Origin: Coleofasciculus sp. B1-GNL1-01
GTDB lineage: Bacteria; Cyanobacteriota; Cyanobacteriia; Cyanobacteriales; Coleofasciculaceae
DNA: 53,822 nt
Reading direction: 5' to 3' (one strand)
Assembly: GCA_040220235.1 (NCBI GenBank)
Contig: JAVJTO010000050.1
Positions 15,221 through 26,108 of the stretch are shown here, piece by piece; the first letter of the stretch is position 1; the number at the start of each line of letters is the position of its first letter. Position numbers and translations under genes: made by a program. The notes under the pieces were generated by a model. The model did not search any database. It saw nothing but the letters and a program-made list of their open reading frames with translations, and was not told the DNA's origin.

Positions 15221-17332
15221 ATGGATAGTCCCACACCCATCACCTGGTATCAAGCCAACTTTCACTATCTCCAGATAGCCGTTAATCAAGTCCGACAGGT
15301 TTTGGAAGATTACCTCGCTTACCAGCAAAATCAGCCCAACTTAGCCAAATTGGAAACAACGTTAGCCCCAGATGCCGCAACGATTCTCGACTATGCACCG
15401 CCAGTATTAGATAAACTCTGCGCTTTATTTCACCTCTCCCAATTTGACCGCTATATCCTCTTATTATGCGTTGGCATGGAGTTGGATAGTGAGTTTGAAG
15501 TCTTATGTGCCAAAATTAACGGCAATCCTAAACAAAATTATCCGACGCTGAATCTAGCCTTATCTACGTTTCACCAGTCTGATCTGAGCATTCTTTCCTC
15601 CCAATCTCCCTTACACTACTGGGAACTGATTGAAAGGGTGGAAGGATTATTCTTTACTCAATCACCTCTACGCATTAATCGGCGCATTCTCTGTTATCTG
15701 TTGAGTGAACCTTGCGTAGATAAGGAATTGGCAGGTATCCTTTTACCTGTACCGCCTTCATCTTCCACTCCTCTTCCCCCTTCGTATCAAGAAATTGCTG
15801 ACAAACTTATCGCCACTTGGTCTAAACCACTGGCAAATTTTGACGATCCCGTTGTTCAGTTATGTGGTTCAGATATAGGGGCAAAGCAATCTATTGCTAC
15901 TGTCGCCTGTAGTGCATTAGGCTGGAATCTTCAGATGATATCAGCCTCTGTTCTTCCCTTTAATCCCAATGAACTGTATCAGTTGATGCAACGGTGTTTC
16001 CGGGAAACTTTATTAAACCACAGTTTCTTGTTCCTGAATGCTGATGAGATGACTCAAGGTGATCCTCGGCGAGAATGGGCAATTGCTGAGTTTGTTGAAC
16101 AATTAGAAGTGCCATTAATTTTCAGCACCCAGGAACGACAACCGCAACATCAACGCCCGATGATTACTTTAGAGGTGGGTCAACTGAGTCATGCTGAACA
16201 ACGAGATATCTGGAAATTCCATCTCGGTTCACTGACAACAGAACTGAATGGACAACTTGATACCATCGTTTCTCAATTTAATCTGGATGCGGCAACTATT
16301 CAAGCTGCCTGTTTATCGCTGAATAGTAGTGACTATACGTCCACATCAACGGATAAACCACAGGAAGACAAACAAACCGATAAAGAACCAGCCAAAACAT
16401 CTTCATCCTCAACCCGTCGTCGCTCATCGAAAACTCAAAAGACTCAACCCAAAATAGAACATAATTTATCTCCCCTGCAAACTCATTTATGGGATTTCTG
16501 TAAAGTTCAAGCGCGTCCCCGTTTAGATGATTTGGCGCAACGGATTGATGCTGTAGCGACTTGGGAAGAGTTGATTCTACCAGAACGGGAAAAAAATACA
16601 TTACATGAAATTTCAACTCATGTGCGCCAACGAGCAAAAGTTTATCATGAGTGGGGATTTGCGGGAAAAGGAGGACGCGGTTTAGGGATTAGCGCTCTTT
16701 TTTCCGGACCGAGTGGAACTGGAAAAACTATGGCGGCGGACGTATTGGCAAAGGAATTGCGCCTTGACCTTTATCGGATTGATTTGAGTGCAGTGGTGAG
16801 TAAATATATTGGTGAAACGGAGAAGAATCTGCGGCGAATCTTTGATGCAGCGGAAACCAGTGGGGCAATTTTATTGTTTGATGAAGCGGATGCTTTGTTT
16901 GGTAAACGAACGCAAGTGAAAGACTCCCATGACCGCCATGCGAATGTGGAAGTGAGTTATTTATTGCAACGGATGGAAGCCTATCAGGGATTAGCGATTT
17001 TGACGACAAATCTGCTCGACGCCTTAGATCAAGCGTTTATGCGTCGGATTAATTTTTCGGTGAAGTTTCCCTTTCCCAACGCCCCAGAACGAACCGAGAT
17101 TTGGCAGCGCATTTTCCCAAAAGAAACGCCGACAAAGAACTTAGATATGAAAAAGTTGGGCAAACTAAATATGGCGGGGGGAAATATCCGTAATATTGCC
17201 TTAAATGCGGCGTTTATTGCGGCTGATGCGGGTGAACCTGTTATGATGAAACATCTTTTACAAGCGACGAAAAGCGAATCTCTGAAGTTGGGGAAAATTT
17301 TAACGGATTCTGAAATCAGTGGCTGGGTTTAA
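15221..17332 (+). CDS. AAA+ ATPase of the eCIS Afp15/Pvc15 type
   Basis: GPSGTGKT, DLSAVVSKYIGETEKNL, LLFDEADALFGKR, ANVEVSYLLQRME; degenerate first AAA module; adjacent to DUF4157 genes. Confidence 0.85.
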   Translation: MDSPTPITWYQANFHYLQIAVNQVRQVLEDYLAYQQNQPNLAKLETTLAPDAATILDYAPPVLDKLCALFHLSQFDRYILLLCVGMELDSEFEVLCAKINGNPKQNYPTLNLALSTFHQSDLSILSSQSPLHYWELIERVEGLFFTQSPLRINRRILCYLLSEPCVDKELAGILLPVPPSSSTPLPPSYQEIADKLIATWSKPLANFDDPVVQLCGSDIGAKQSIATVACSALGWNLQMISASVLPFNPNELYQLMQRCFRETLLNHSFLFLNADEMTQGDPRREWAIAEFVEQLEVPLIFSTQERQPQHQRPMITLEVGQLSHAEQRDIWKFHLGSLTTELNGQLDTIVSQFNLDAATIQAACLSLNSSDYTSTSTDKPQEDKQTDKEPAKTSSSSTRRRSSKTQKTQPKIEHNLSPLQTHLWDFCKVQARPRLDDLAQRIDAVATWEELILPEREKNTLHEISTHVRQRAKVYHEWGFAGKGGRGLGISALFSGPSGTGKTMAADVLAKELRLDLYRIDLSAVVSKYIGETEKNLRRIFDAAETSGAILLFDEADALFGKRTQVKDSHDRHANVEVSYLLQRMEAYQGLAILTTNLLDALDQAFMRRINFSVKFPFPNAPERTEIWQRIFPKETPTKNLDMKKLGKLNMAGGNIRNIALNAAFIAADAGEPVMMKHLLQATKSESLKLGKILTDSEISGWV

Positions 17333-17375
17333 AATCCTGTTGGTTCATCCCACGGTTTCCCAGTCTCTACATCAG

Positions 17376-18737
17376 TCATAATTCATTTTCCAACGCCCGT
17401 TTAAAAGCAGCAGCACTCTTAAAATATATCTGAGGATTATCGGTAAGCGCTAAATCAATTACCTCCGCTAGTCCCTTGGGAATTCCAGCATCTCGTTGAC
17501 GAATCGGTACAGGTTTGGTTTGCAATACAACCCAGAATGGATCGTTATTACCAAAATCGCGAGGTAATCTACCCGTTAACATATAGTACAAACAAGCCGC
17601 TGTTGCCCAAACATCAACATCGGGTTTACTATACTTAAAATCAATAACCTGTTGTCGGGGCATAAAAGCAGGACTTCCCGCATATTGACCACTGCGAGAC
17701 AACCCACTCAATCCTGCCAAATCAAACGCCTTAGCCAATCCATAATCAGCAACTTTGGCAAGACGCCCTAATCCCAGATTGGCAAGAAAGATATTCCCCG
17801 GTTTCAGATCACGGTGTACTAATCCTTGGACTTGAATATTACCACTCTGGGCTAGGGTAATATTAGGTAATTGGATAGTGTGGGCATAGTCTAACCCATC
17901 CAAGACTTGCAGCGTAATTGACATGGCTTCATTAACCGACAATTTGCCGCCGCGTTGCTGCATTAAATCCAGAACACTGCCACCATTACAATAATCCATG
18001 GTAAAAAAAAAGGAATCCTGGTCGTAACCAAGTTCCCGGAGTTTAACGATATTAGGGTGTTGTAAGGCTTTGGTTTTGTCAATCTCCATCAGGAATTGCC
18101 TGATCGCATCACTGGGACGCCTGTTGTGCGATCGCATGATTTTGAGGGCGACTAATTCCTCAGTTCGGTCATGATGGGCTAAATAGACTGTTCCTAATCC
18201 CCCTTGACCTAATCGTTTCAGCGTTGTGTAGCCGCGAATCTTAGGTAGATAAGAGTCACACCCTAACGTCGTCGAAGCGCTTTTTAAGCCACTTTCACGG
18301 GGTAAGAGAGGTTTCTCACTGGGATCAACACAAATTGTTTGTGATTCAGAGGAGTTCACGTCACTGTGGTTTACCCCTTCAATTTTGACGCGCAATACCG
18401 TATGGCGAAGCTTAATTTCGTCGCCATTCTTTAAGTCGTACTCTGGAAACTGTATCCTAGCCCCTTCGGTTGGCGTTTGATATCGATGACGTTTGCCGAT
18501 AATCTTACCATTAACATAAGTGCCGTGGAGACTACCGAAGTCACGAATACGGATATCAGGAGGATTGATATCCAGCAAACAGTGATAGCGTGAGATAGTC
18601 TTGTGATACCGATCATTAGGGAGTCGGGGATGGCAATCTTTGGCGCGACCTAGAATACAAGTCGTGCGATCGCAAAATTCAAAGTTCTCACCTTTGAGAC
18701 TTCCGGTGATGACTGTAAGGATAACTTTGGCAGACAT
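17376..18737 (-). CDS. FHA-domain Ser/Thr protein kinase
   Basis: FHA (GRAKDC, ISRYHC, SLHGTYVNG); kinase LGQGGLG, VALK, HRDLKPGN, DYG. Confidence 0.9.
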   Translation of the reverse strand: MSAKVILTVITGSLKGENFEFCDRTTCILGRAKDCHPRLPNDRYHKTISRYHCLLDINPPDIRIRDFGSLHGTYVNGKIIGKRHRYQTPTEGARIQFPEYDLKNGDEIKLRHTVLRVKIEGVNHSDVNSSESQTICVDPSEKPLLPRESGLKSASTTLGCDSYLPKIRGYTTLKRLGQGGLGTVYLAHHDRTEELVALKIMRSHNRRPSDAIRQFLMEIDKTKALQHPNIVKLRELGYDQDSFFFTMDYCNGGSVLDLMQQRGGKLSVNEAMSITLQVLDGLDYAHTIQLPNITLAQSGNIQVQGLVHRDLKPGNIFLANLGLGRLAKVADYGLAKAFDLAGLSGLSRSGQYAGSPAFMPRQQVIDFKYSKPDVDVWATAACLYYMLTGRLPRDFGNNDPFWVVLQTKPVPIRQRDAGIPKGLAEVIDLALTDNPQIYFKSAAAFKRALENEL

Positions 18738-18881
18738 CTGGGATCATTTATTGAGGAGTCAGGGTTCAGTTAGGAAAAAAATGGTTTCTCCTGATCTATT
18801 GTTTCCTATTAGCCCTAGTAACCGCCACCTTTATCCTCAGTTATCAGTTATCAGTTACCAGTTACCAGTTCCCTGTTTCCC

Positions 18882-19655
18882 TCAAGCTAATGAAGACGAT
18901 CCCAAGTCGGGGGGAATATCCTGAAGACGCCCTTGTCCCACCGCTTGAATCGCTTCTTTGAGGGAAACATCACCCGTATACAGGGCGCGACCCACGATCG
19001 CACCAATCACGCCTAGGGGTTCCAATGCCAGTAAACTTAATAAGTCTGTAATCGAACTGACACCCCCAGACGCAATCACCGGAATCGAGACATGGCTGGC
19101 TACTTCTCGCAAGGCGTCGCGGTTGGGTCCGGTGAGTGTACCATCCCGGTGAATGTCTGTATAAATAATTGCCGATACACCCAAATTAGCCATTTGCTGT
19201 GCTAGTTGAGTCGCGGTAATTTCTGAGGTTTCTAGCCATCCCCGTGTTGCAACCTGTCCATTTCGCGCATCGATACCAACAATAATGCGATCGGGAAACT
19301 CAGAACACAGGTGTTCGACCAAGGGATGATCTTCAACCGCCGCCGTTCCCAGAATCGCATACTGAACCCCAACAGAAAGCAGTTGACTAACCCCTTCCTT
19401 GTCGCGCAATCCGCCCCCAACTTCTACGGGAACCGATACCGCTTGGACAATGGCTTCGATGGTTTTGGTATTAACCGGATGTCCCGCTTTCGCCCCATCT
19501 AAATCCACCAGATGTAACCGACTCGCCCCTTGGTCAACCCATTGTTTCGCCACCTCCACCGGGTTTTCATTATAAACTTGCGATTGTTCATAGTCGCCTT
19601 GGTATAACCGTACACAGCGACCTTCGAGTATATCAATAGCTGGAATAACGTTCAT
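18882..19655 (-). CDS. hisA: ProFAR isomerase (histidine biosynthesis)
   Basis: [50 protein letters not shown]; start placed at MNVIPAID. Confidence 0.97.
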   Translation of the reverse strand: MNVIPAIDILEGRCVRLYQGDYEQSQVYNENPVEVAKQWVDQGASRLHLVDLDGAKAGHPVNTKTIEAIVQAVSVPVEVGGGLRDKEGVSQLLSVGVQYAILGTAAVEDHPLVEHLCSEFPDRIIVGIDARNGQVATRGWLETSEITATQLAQQMANLGVSAIIYTDIHRDGTLTGPNRDALREVASHVSIPVIASGGVSSITDLLSLLALEPLGVIGAIVGRALYTGDVSLKEAIQAVGQGRLQDIPPDLGSSSLA

Positions 19656-19657
19656 AT

Positions 19658-19696
19658 TCGTCATTGGTCATTCGTCATTGGTCATTTGTCATTCGT
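19658..19696. repeat. STRR heptamer array upstream of hisA
   Basis: About 5 copies of (c/g/t)GTCATT. Confidence 0.8.
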
Positions 19697-19745
19697 AGAA
19701 AAACAGGGTATCAAAACCATGTCCTTGAGTGCAGCGAAGGTTCAG

Positions 19746-19807
19746 TCGGGGCGGGTTTAGTCACATTTGGATGAACCCAAAACGATAATAGTGAAACCCG
19801 CCCCTAC
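19746..19807. repeat. REP-like hairpin GGGGCGGGTTT...AAACCCGCCCCTAC
   Basis: Inverted repeat; related copy at about 32455-32520. Confidence 0.7.
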
Positions 19808-19812
19808 ATTCC

Positions 19813-21498
19813 TCAAAACTCTCCCCCCAAAGGCGGTAATTCTTCGAGAATTTTGAACCGGACATGATTAATCGCCAGATCCCCAATCGAAACCTCTTCC
19901 TTGTTAACGGGAACACCTTTACTGGTCAGGGTTTCAAACGTAATTCCTTTACCAATTTCTACATGATACCAAGCCAATCCCATAAAAAATCGAGTCGGGT
20001 AAGGGCCACCTTCGCGAGTATCATCGGGATTAGATTCCATGGGAACCCAACCAAATCCTGGTAAGTAAAATTCCATCCAAACATGATTAAAATCAGGTTG
20101 TAAGGGAATGTCTCGTTGATCGGGATGGGCGGGACATTTGTAACGACCAACGGTACGACAGGCAATTCCACTGAGACGGGATAGGGCTAATAAGACACCG
20201 AGATACTCCCCACAAGACCCAATTCCTCGCGCTAACACCACATCTGGGGTATCGATATGGGGTTTGATTCCATAAGCGAGTTGGTCATAGACATAATTGC
20301 GAATACTATACATTTGCCGCAATACATTCGTTTCTCGACCAGCGGCGTCAAGGGCGGCGCGGCGGATGATTTCGGTATCCATGGCTAACTCGTCATCATC
20401 CACTAAGTAGCGAGTTTTGAATTCGGCTGGCAATTCTGGCGTATTTTCTAAATCTCTGGGTGTAATCCGATATTTGATACTCCAAACTTCTAGAAGCGCC
20501 TTCCAGCCAAATAAATGCCGTTCTCCGGGGGCGAGGGCATCAAATTTAAACACCGCCACCCGCTGATTGCCTTGGATTTCTTCGGTGAAGGGAATCCCAA
20601 CGGCTTCAATGGCGCGGATTTTTTGACGTGCGGTTTCTGAGGGTAAGGCGATGCGCCATTCTATGTCCTGCAAGGCTACGTCGTCTAAGGGAGAGAGTTC
20701 CTCAACGTAAGACATTTCGATTAAATAGCCATTGGAGAGAGCATAGCGTTCCTCGGCATTGTAGTGAAAGGAGAGGGGATGAATAAACGTGCGATCGCGA
20801 TACTGTAGTTCGTGGTTGGGTTGAGCGTTAGGATTATCGCGGATGTAGGGTTCTTCGCTTGCATAGGCGACATAGAGAATCTCCTGATTCGTTTGCGGGT
20901 TTCGGTAGAAGGTTAAACCCGTGGGATTCTCAAAAGGAGTTAAGACGCTGAAGATAATATTTCCTGTGGCGCGATCAAGGCAATACACGGTCTGTTCTTC
21001 CTGATCCGAGACCCAAAGTTCCTCATCCCGCACCGTAATGTTCTCCATGCCAATTCCTGGGGCATATAAGCGGGTAATCTCCTGCCCGGTATCCCGACTG
21101 TAAATCAGAATATACCCCATTTTTTGACAGGTGATATAGACCGTCGAGTCCTTGAGTGCAACACCATTGGCGGTGTAGGGTAATGTCAGGAAATGCTGAA
21201 GCTGAAGATCGCCGTTGAGTTGGCAATAGTATACACTTTCTTTCCGCGTCAACCACAGCGTATCCCCCACGACGGCTAAACCCGTCGCATCGGCAAAATC
21301 GAGATCCGGCGAGGAATTCAAAATTTTGGTATCGTCAGTTTGGGGGTTGATTTGCAACAGATAGCCACTCGTGGCATCGATGGCAATCAATTTTTCTCCC
21401 CAAAAAGCAATACCCTGTAGGGCAGCCGCCCCAATCGGTCGAATGGTGTGGAACGATTTCAATTTAGGTGACACAGAGGAATCAGGATTAGGAATCAT
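19813..21498 (-). CDS. Transglutaminase-like protein with N-terminal beta-propeller
   Basis: GSCGEY, FNHVWMEFYLPGFGWVPME catalytic region; YWTD/NHL-like blades at the N-terminus. Confidence 0.85.
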   Translation of the reverse strand: MIPNPDSSVSPKLKSFHTIRPIGAAALQGIAFWGEKLIAIDATSGYLLQINPQTDDTKILNSSPDLDFADATGLAVVGDTLWLTRKESVYYCQLNGDLQLQHFLTLPYTANGVALKDSTVYITCQKMGYILIYSRDTGQEITRLYAPGIGMENITVRDEELWVSDQEEQTVYCLDRATGNIIFSVLTPFENPTGLTFYRNPQTNQEILYVAYASEEPYIRDNPNAQPNHELQYRDRTFIHPLSFHYNAEERYALSNGYLIEMSYVEELSPLDDVALQDIEWRIALPSETARQKIRAIEAVGIPFTEEIQGNQRVAVFKFDALAPGERHLFGWKALLEVWSIKYRITPRDLENTPELPAEFKTRYLVDDDELAMDTEIIRRAALDAAGRETNVLRQMYSIRNYVYDQLAYGIKPHIDTPDVVLARGIGSCGEYLGVLLALSRLSGIACRTVGRYKCPAHPDQRDIPLQPDFNHVWMEFYLPGFGWVPMESNPDDTREGGPYPTRFFMGLAWYHVEIGKGITFETLTSKGVPVNKEEVSIGDLAINHVRFKILEELPPLGGEF

Positions 21499-21697
21499 GA
21501 TCAGTCTATATCAAGATTTAGATTTCAGCGTCGCCATCTATACTCAGGTGGTGTCAATACCCTCCCCATTTAGCCGGATGCTCCGGGCGTGCATCTGCAA
21601 TATTTTAAATGTGCGATCGCACATTTGAACATTGGTTGTTATTGGGTAGCCGTTTTCATTCAATAATTTTATTGACAAAAATAATTTTGTATGTATT

Positions 21698-22495
21698 ATG
21701 AAACTCATCCGTTTTTTCCCCCACAAACTAGCCATAACCGCTTTAGTAACATTGCTTTTAATCGTGGGGTTGAGCCTGAAAGAGCCAGTTCGGGTACAAG
21801 CGCAGTTAAGCAATGCCTCGATCAGTTCTCAGTTACCCGATCAATGGGAATCCGCGCCACTGCCTAATTCTGGTGATTCAGGTCTACAAGATAGCAGTAA
21901 TTTACCGTTTGCGGGTTGCCTCAGCAGTTATCCCATTGCCTTAGTACCCGCCTCTGGTATGGGACAAACACTGGCGGAGTATCCCACCATCTTTTGGTAT
22001 CTACCCCGGACAAGGGCTTGGGGCATGGAGTTTAAGTTAACAGATCGTGATAGTCAGGAAATTTACTCGACCAAGTATGCCTTTGCCCGTGGCACCTCAA
22101 ACGATTATCAGGGACAAGATGACCAATTGGTTGTTGGCACGCCCGGTATACTCAGTTTAACCATACCGAGATTAACGGGTAGCTCTCTGCCACTGAAAGA
22201 GGATCAGAAGTATGACTGGACTGTAAAAATAATCTGTAACCCCAATGATCCATCCGGTGATGTTTATCTGGCAGGCACAATCCGGCGAGTGTCAATTGAC
22301 CATACTCTAAGCCGTCGCCTACAGCAAGCACCACCTGAGGAGCGTGTGGTACTTTACGCAAAGGAACGACTGTGGTATGAAGCATTAGGGACGTTGGTGA
22401 AACTCCAGCGCGATCGCCCGAATGATCCGGCTGTGATTGCGGCTTGGGACAAGCTACTGAAGTCTGTCGGGTTAGATATGATTCTACTCGGATAA
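21698..22495 (+). CDS. DUF928 domain protein 1
   Basis: Signal peptide; IALVP, PTIFWYLP, LWYEAL, WDKLLKSVGL. Confidence 0.85.
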   Translation: MKLIRFFPHKLAITALVTLLLIVGLSLKEPVRVQAQLSNASISSQLPDQWESAPLPNSGDSGLQDSSNLPFAGCLSSYPIALVPASGMGQTLAEYPTIFWYLPRTRAWGMEFKLTDRDSQEIYSTKYAFARGTSNDYQGQDDQLVVGTPGILSLTIPRLTGSSLPLKEDQKYDWTVKIICNPNDPSGDVYLAGTIRRVSIDHTLSRRLQQAPPEERVVLYAKERLWYEALGTLVKLQRDRPNDPAVIAAWDKLLKSVGLDMILLG

Positions 22496-23019
22496 GCTCT
22501 AATTTCTGTTCCCCCTGCTTCTAGACGCGCCATAGCAAGTCTGGAACATTGGATGCCCAGTTTCTCTAGTCCTTGTCACCTAGGAGGACAAGGGCGAATT
22601 CCCCATCTCGCAGGAATTCATGTATTTCACTCAAGTGAGAATAGCTATATCTTTACAAAAGATTTAAATTTTCAGGCGATAGAAGCATGGAAATCAGGAA
22701 TTGGCTTTAAGAGTGATGAAGATTTAGATAAGAGTGGAAACAACGTTCCGGGATTACCCATGTCTAACGTTAAAATATTAACAACTTAAGACAATGGTAC
22801 TGATATAACCAGGGGTCGTAGTCAGACCAAAAGTCGGCTAGCATGACTGGCAGCGTTTACGACAAACTCTTAATTCAGCAACATTTCCCTCAAGGTAGAT
22901 GCTTGTCTGAGCTAAAAAGGTGATTATGTCTGACAGAAACTAACCTGAGTCTGGAACCTTGGCTTCTGCTCTAACATCTATATACTAAAGACTCGGTTCT
23001 ACGAGCATATATCTGAATT

Positions 23020-23859
23020 ATGGCTTGCTTCACCCGCTTATCACACCTAACATTCTTAACAATAGCTTTGATGCTAGGATTAGCTACCAAGCTAGTCGCT
23101 CAAGTGCCAACCCCGGTTAGGATGACCTCTCTGGGTGCTGAACTACCGACTCAGTGGGAATTCAGAACTCCAGACAGTTCAACACCTGAGCCGATTCCCG
23201 TGAATCGAGAAGCTGGTGGAACGCGAAGTCCAGAGAATTGTACGCCGAATAATCAATCACTAATTGCCCTAGTTCCAGAATCATTGATCGGCAAAACCCT
23301 AGAGGAATATCCCAAACTATTCTGGTATATGCCATCAACAACAGCATCGGCAGTCGAGTTTGTACTGAAAAATGCTAATGATGAAGAAATTTACCAGGTT
23401 AAGTATTCCTTGGAGCAGTCGGCGACAGGGGAAACACAGATGCCGAGAATTATGAGTTTAGCGATTCCTGCCTCTGCTAATCTTACTCCCCTGAAAACAA
23501 ATCAGCTCTATTACTGGCAATTAGCATTGGTTTGCGACGCCCTGGATCGTTCAGCAGATATGGTTGTGGGTGGTGGGATTAAGCGAGTTGAACCGAGTCT
23601 AACGCTAAAAATGCGGACTCAACAGGCAACGCCTCAAGAACGAGTGGCACTCTATGCCAAGGAATTGCTCTGGTATGACACGTTAGACACCTTGGTAGAA
23701 CTCCATCAGGATTTTCCCAATGATCGCAACGTGCAAACCGCGTGGAACAAGTTATTGCACTCAGTTGGCTTACAAAGTCTTTCTGAGCAATTAAATCCAG
23801 ACAGGAGTGCTGCTTTAACTGAATCGTTGTCTAACTCAGGAGCTAATTCTGTTGAATAA
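23020..23859 (+). CDS. DUF928 domain protein 2
   Basis: REAGGTRS..C, LIALVP, PKLFWYMP, LWYDTL, WNKLLHSVGL. Confidence 0.9.
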   Translation: MACFTRLSHLTFLTIALMLGLATKLVAQVPTPVRMTSLGAELPTQWEFRTPDSSTPEPIPVNREAGGTRSPENCTPNNQSLIALVPESLIGKTLEEYPKLFWYMPSTTASAVEFVLKNANDEEIYQVKYSLEQSATGETQMPRIMSLAIPASANLTPLKTNQLYYWQLALVCDALDRSADMVVGGGIKRVEPSLTLKMRTQQATPQERVALYAKELLWYDTLDTLVELHQDFPNDRNVQTAWNKLLHSVGLQSLSEQLNPDRSAALTESLSNSGANSVE

Positions 23860-24096
23860 AACAACCAATACAAAGATAGGGAAAAACTAACATAAAGATT
23901 CAGATAAGAGTCCAACCCCAGGTTTCAGCTCCCTCCCTATCTCAAGCTAGAATAGAACTATTCAGGCAAATTATTCGACGAGAACCCTGAAAATTCTGCA
24001 ATTATCATCCCTTTTGTAGGAAGGTTAAGTGTCTGCTCAGACAGATTTTTCCAAAAACTTTGAAAGACTCTGATTAAGAAGGAGTTCTAAATTATT

Positions 24097-24930
24097 ATGG
24101 CTTGGTTTACACATTCATCCCGTTTTACAGTCGCTTTAGCGCTAACCCTAGGACTGGTGGCTAATCTTCCCGCTGGAGTACAAGCCCAGTTAGGGGGTTC
24201 ATCCCTCAGCCGTGATATCCCAACCGAATGGGAATTCACGCCGCCAGACAGTCAAGGTCCAGCGATTCCAGGCAATAGAGAAGGTGGTGGTACAAGAGGA
24301 CCTTGTATTGCAAACCCTAAACCCGGTCAAGTGCCGATCGCATTGGTGCCTGAGTCCGGGATTGGAAAAACCATCGCTGAGTATCCGACTCTCTCTTGGT
24401 ATCTACCGCAAAACACAGCTTGGGGAGTAGAGTTAATGGTGCGTAATGCCAAGGGTGAGGAAATTTATTCGACGAAGTATGCCTTCGACCATTACACCGG
24501 ACAAGATTCTCAGGGAGATGACAAACAATATGTGGTCGGCGCTCCCGGTATTATGAGCTTAACGTTGCCTAACTTAGAGAGTAGTGTCCTTCCTCCAGAG
24601 ACGGATCAGACATATAAGTGGACGTTAAGGCTGATTTGTAATACTCAAGAACCATCCGGTGATGTATATGTCGATGGTGCGTTCGAGCGGGTGGAACCTG
24701 ATGCCAGTCTGGTACGCCGCATCCAACAAGCAACGCCGGAACAGCGAGTGGCTATCTACGCCAGTGAGCGACTTTGGTATGAAACGTTGAATACCTTAGT
24801 GGAACTACGTCGCGATCGCCCCAATGATCAGGGTTTGAAGGCGGCGTGGAGCCAATTGCTCCGTTCAGTCGAACTCGAGCAAATTGTCGAAGAACCAGTA
24901 GCTCAGGGTGCCAGAACCAATCCGAACTAA
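24097..24930 (+). CDS. DUF928 domain protein 3
   Basis: REGGGTRGPC, PTLSWYLP, LWYETL, WSQLLRSV. Confidence 0.9.
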   Translation: MAWFTHSSRFTVALALTLGLVANLPAGVQAQLGGSSLSRDIPTEWEFTPPDSQGPAIPGNREGGGTRGPCIANPKPGQVPIALVPESGIGKTIAEYPTLSWYLPQNTAWGVELMVRNAKGEEIYSTKYAFDHYTGQDSQGDDKQYVVGAPGIMSLTLPNLESSVLPPETDQTYKWTLRLICNTQEPSGDVYVDGAFERVEPDASLVRRIQQATPEQRVAIYASERLWYETLNTLVELRRDRPNDQGLKAAWSQLLRSVELEQIVEEPVAQGARTNPN

Positions 24931-24946
24931 TCACTGAGTCACTGTC

Positions 24947-25765
24947 ATGGTACATAAGCGACGTCCTTTTTATCGATTTTCTCTCGCTGTGGGGATAAAG
25001 CTGGCGCTATTTGCCGCAGGGTTTGCCCTGATCCACAGCCCCCAAATAGTCCAGGCTCAGGGAATCCCCCAAACCTGGACAACTAACAAATATGAACCGC
25101 CAAGGGGAATTGGCTCGGCGAATCGTGTCGAAGGAGGGGCAACCCGAAGTTCTGGAGTTAATTGCCCTGTTGTCGGTAAACCGTTAACGGCTTTAATGCC
25201 GAGCGATCGCTTTGGTACAACGGTTGCGGCTTATCCCAGCTTTTTTGTCTACCTACCAGCCTCACCCGATCCCAGTACACCCTTACCTGTGGAGTTTGTT
25301 CTGGAGGATAGCGAGGGAAATCTCGTTTATCAAAGCAAATTCCGTACCAATGGCAAGTCAGGAATCATCACATTAAATCTACCTCAGGACGTTAGCTTAT
25401 CACCCTTGGCGGTGGGTGAAGATTATCGTTGGACGTTCTCGATTCTCTGTCCACCTGAGGACGAACGCTCTAATGATCTGGTGGTTGAAGGATGGGTGAG
25501 ACGGGTAGCGATCGCTCCTACCCTAGAAACTCAGTTAGCGCAGGCATCCCCGACAAAAAAAGTGGAACTCTATGCTGAGGCACAACTGTGGCAAGATACT
25601 CTAGCACAGCTTGTTGAACTGCGCCGCAATTATCCGAGTGATTCGGAGGTGGCGAATCAGTGGGTCAACCTTTTGAATGCGGCGGGACTTAGCAATCTGG
25701 TGGGTGAGTCACTCGCATCTCAGAATACGCCTGTTGATGTACCTTTATCGTCGTCACAACCGTAG
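24947..25765 (+). CDS. DUF928 domain protein 4
   Basis: RVEGGATRS...C, PSFFVYLP, LWQDTL, WVNLLNAAGL. Confidence 0.9.
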   Translation: MVHKRRPFYRFSLAVGIKLALFAAGFALIHSPQIVQAQGIPQTWTTNKYEPPRGIGSANRVEGGATRSSGVNCPVVGKPLTALMPSDRFGTTVAAYPSFFVYLPASPDPSTPLPVEFVLEDSEGNLVYQSKFRTNGKSGIITLNLPQDVSLSPLAVGEDYRWTFSILCPPEDERSNDLVVEGWVRRVAIAPTLETQLAQASPTKKVELYAEAQLWQDTLAQLVELRRNYPSDSEVANQWVNLLNAAGLSNLVGESLASQNTPVDVPLSSSQP

Positions 25766-26108
25766 TCAATCGAAATTGATCCACTAATATACACCATCGC
25801 AAGGGTACGAAATGTCGTACCCTTGCTTTGCATATAAATTTAAATTTGTCAAGTCTTTTTAGCTGAATTGGTAATCTAAGAAAACAATCGGTAAACTCGA
25901 TAAAAATAGGGATGGCAATAAAATAGATGAGACAACCCGCCAATCCAATAACTGACTCACTAGGAAAGACTCTACCTGAAAGGATTCTAACTTATCTTTT
26001 AGCGCCAACAGCAGTGTTATAGTAGTGTCACCCCCTGATCGGAGGATATTTACAACCAACCTATCAAGTTGAGCCGACTAGACGTTTAACCAAGTGAGAG
26101 GGAAAAGT

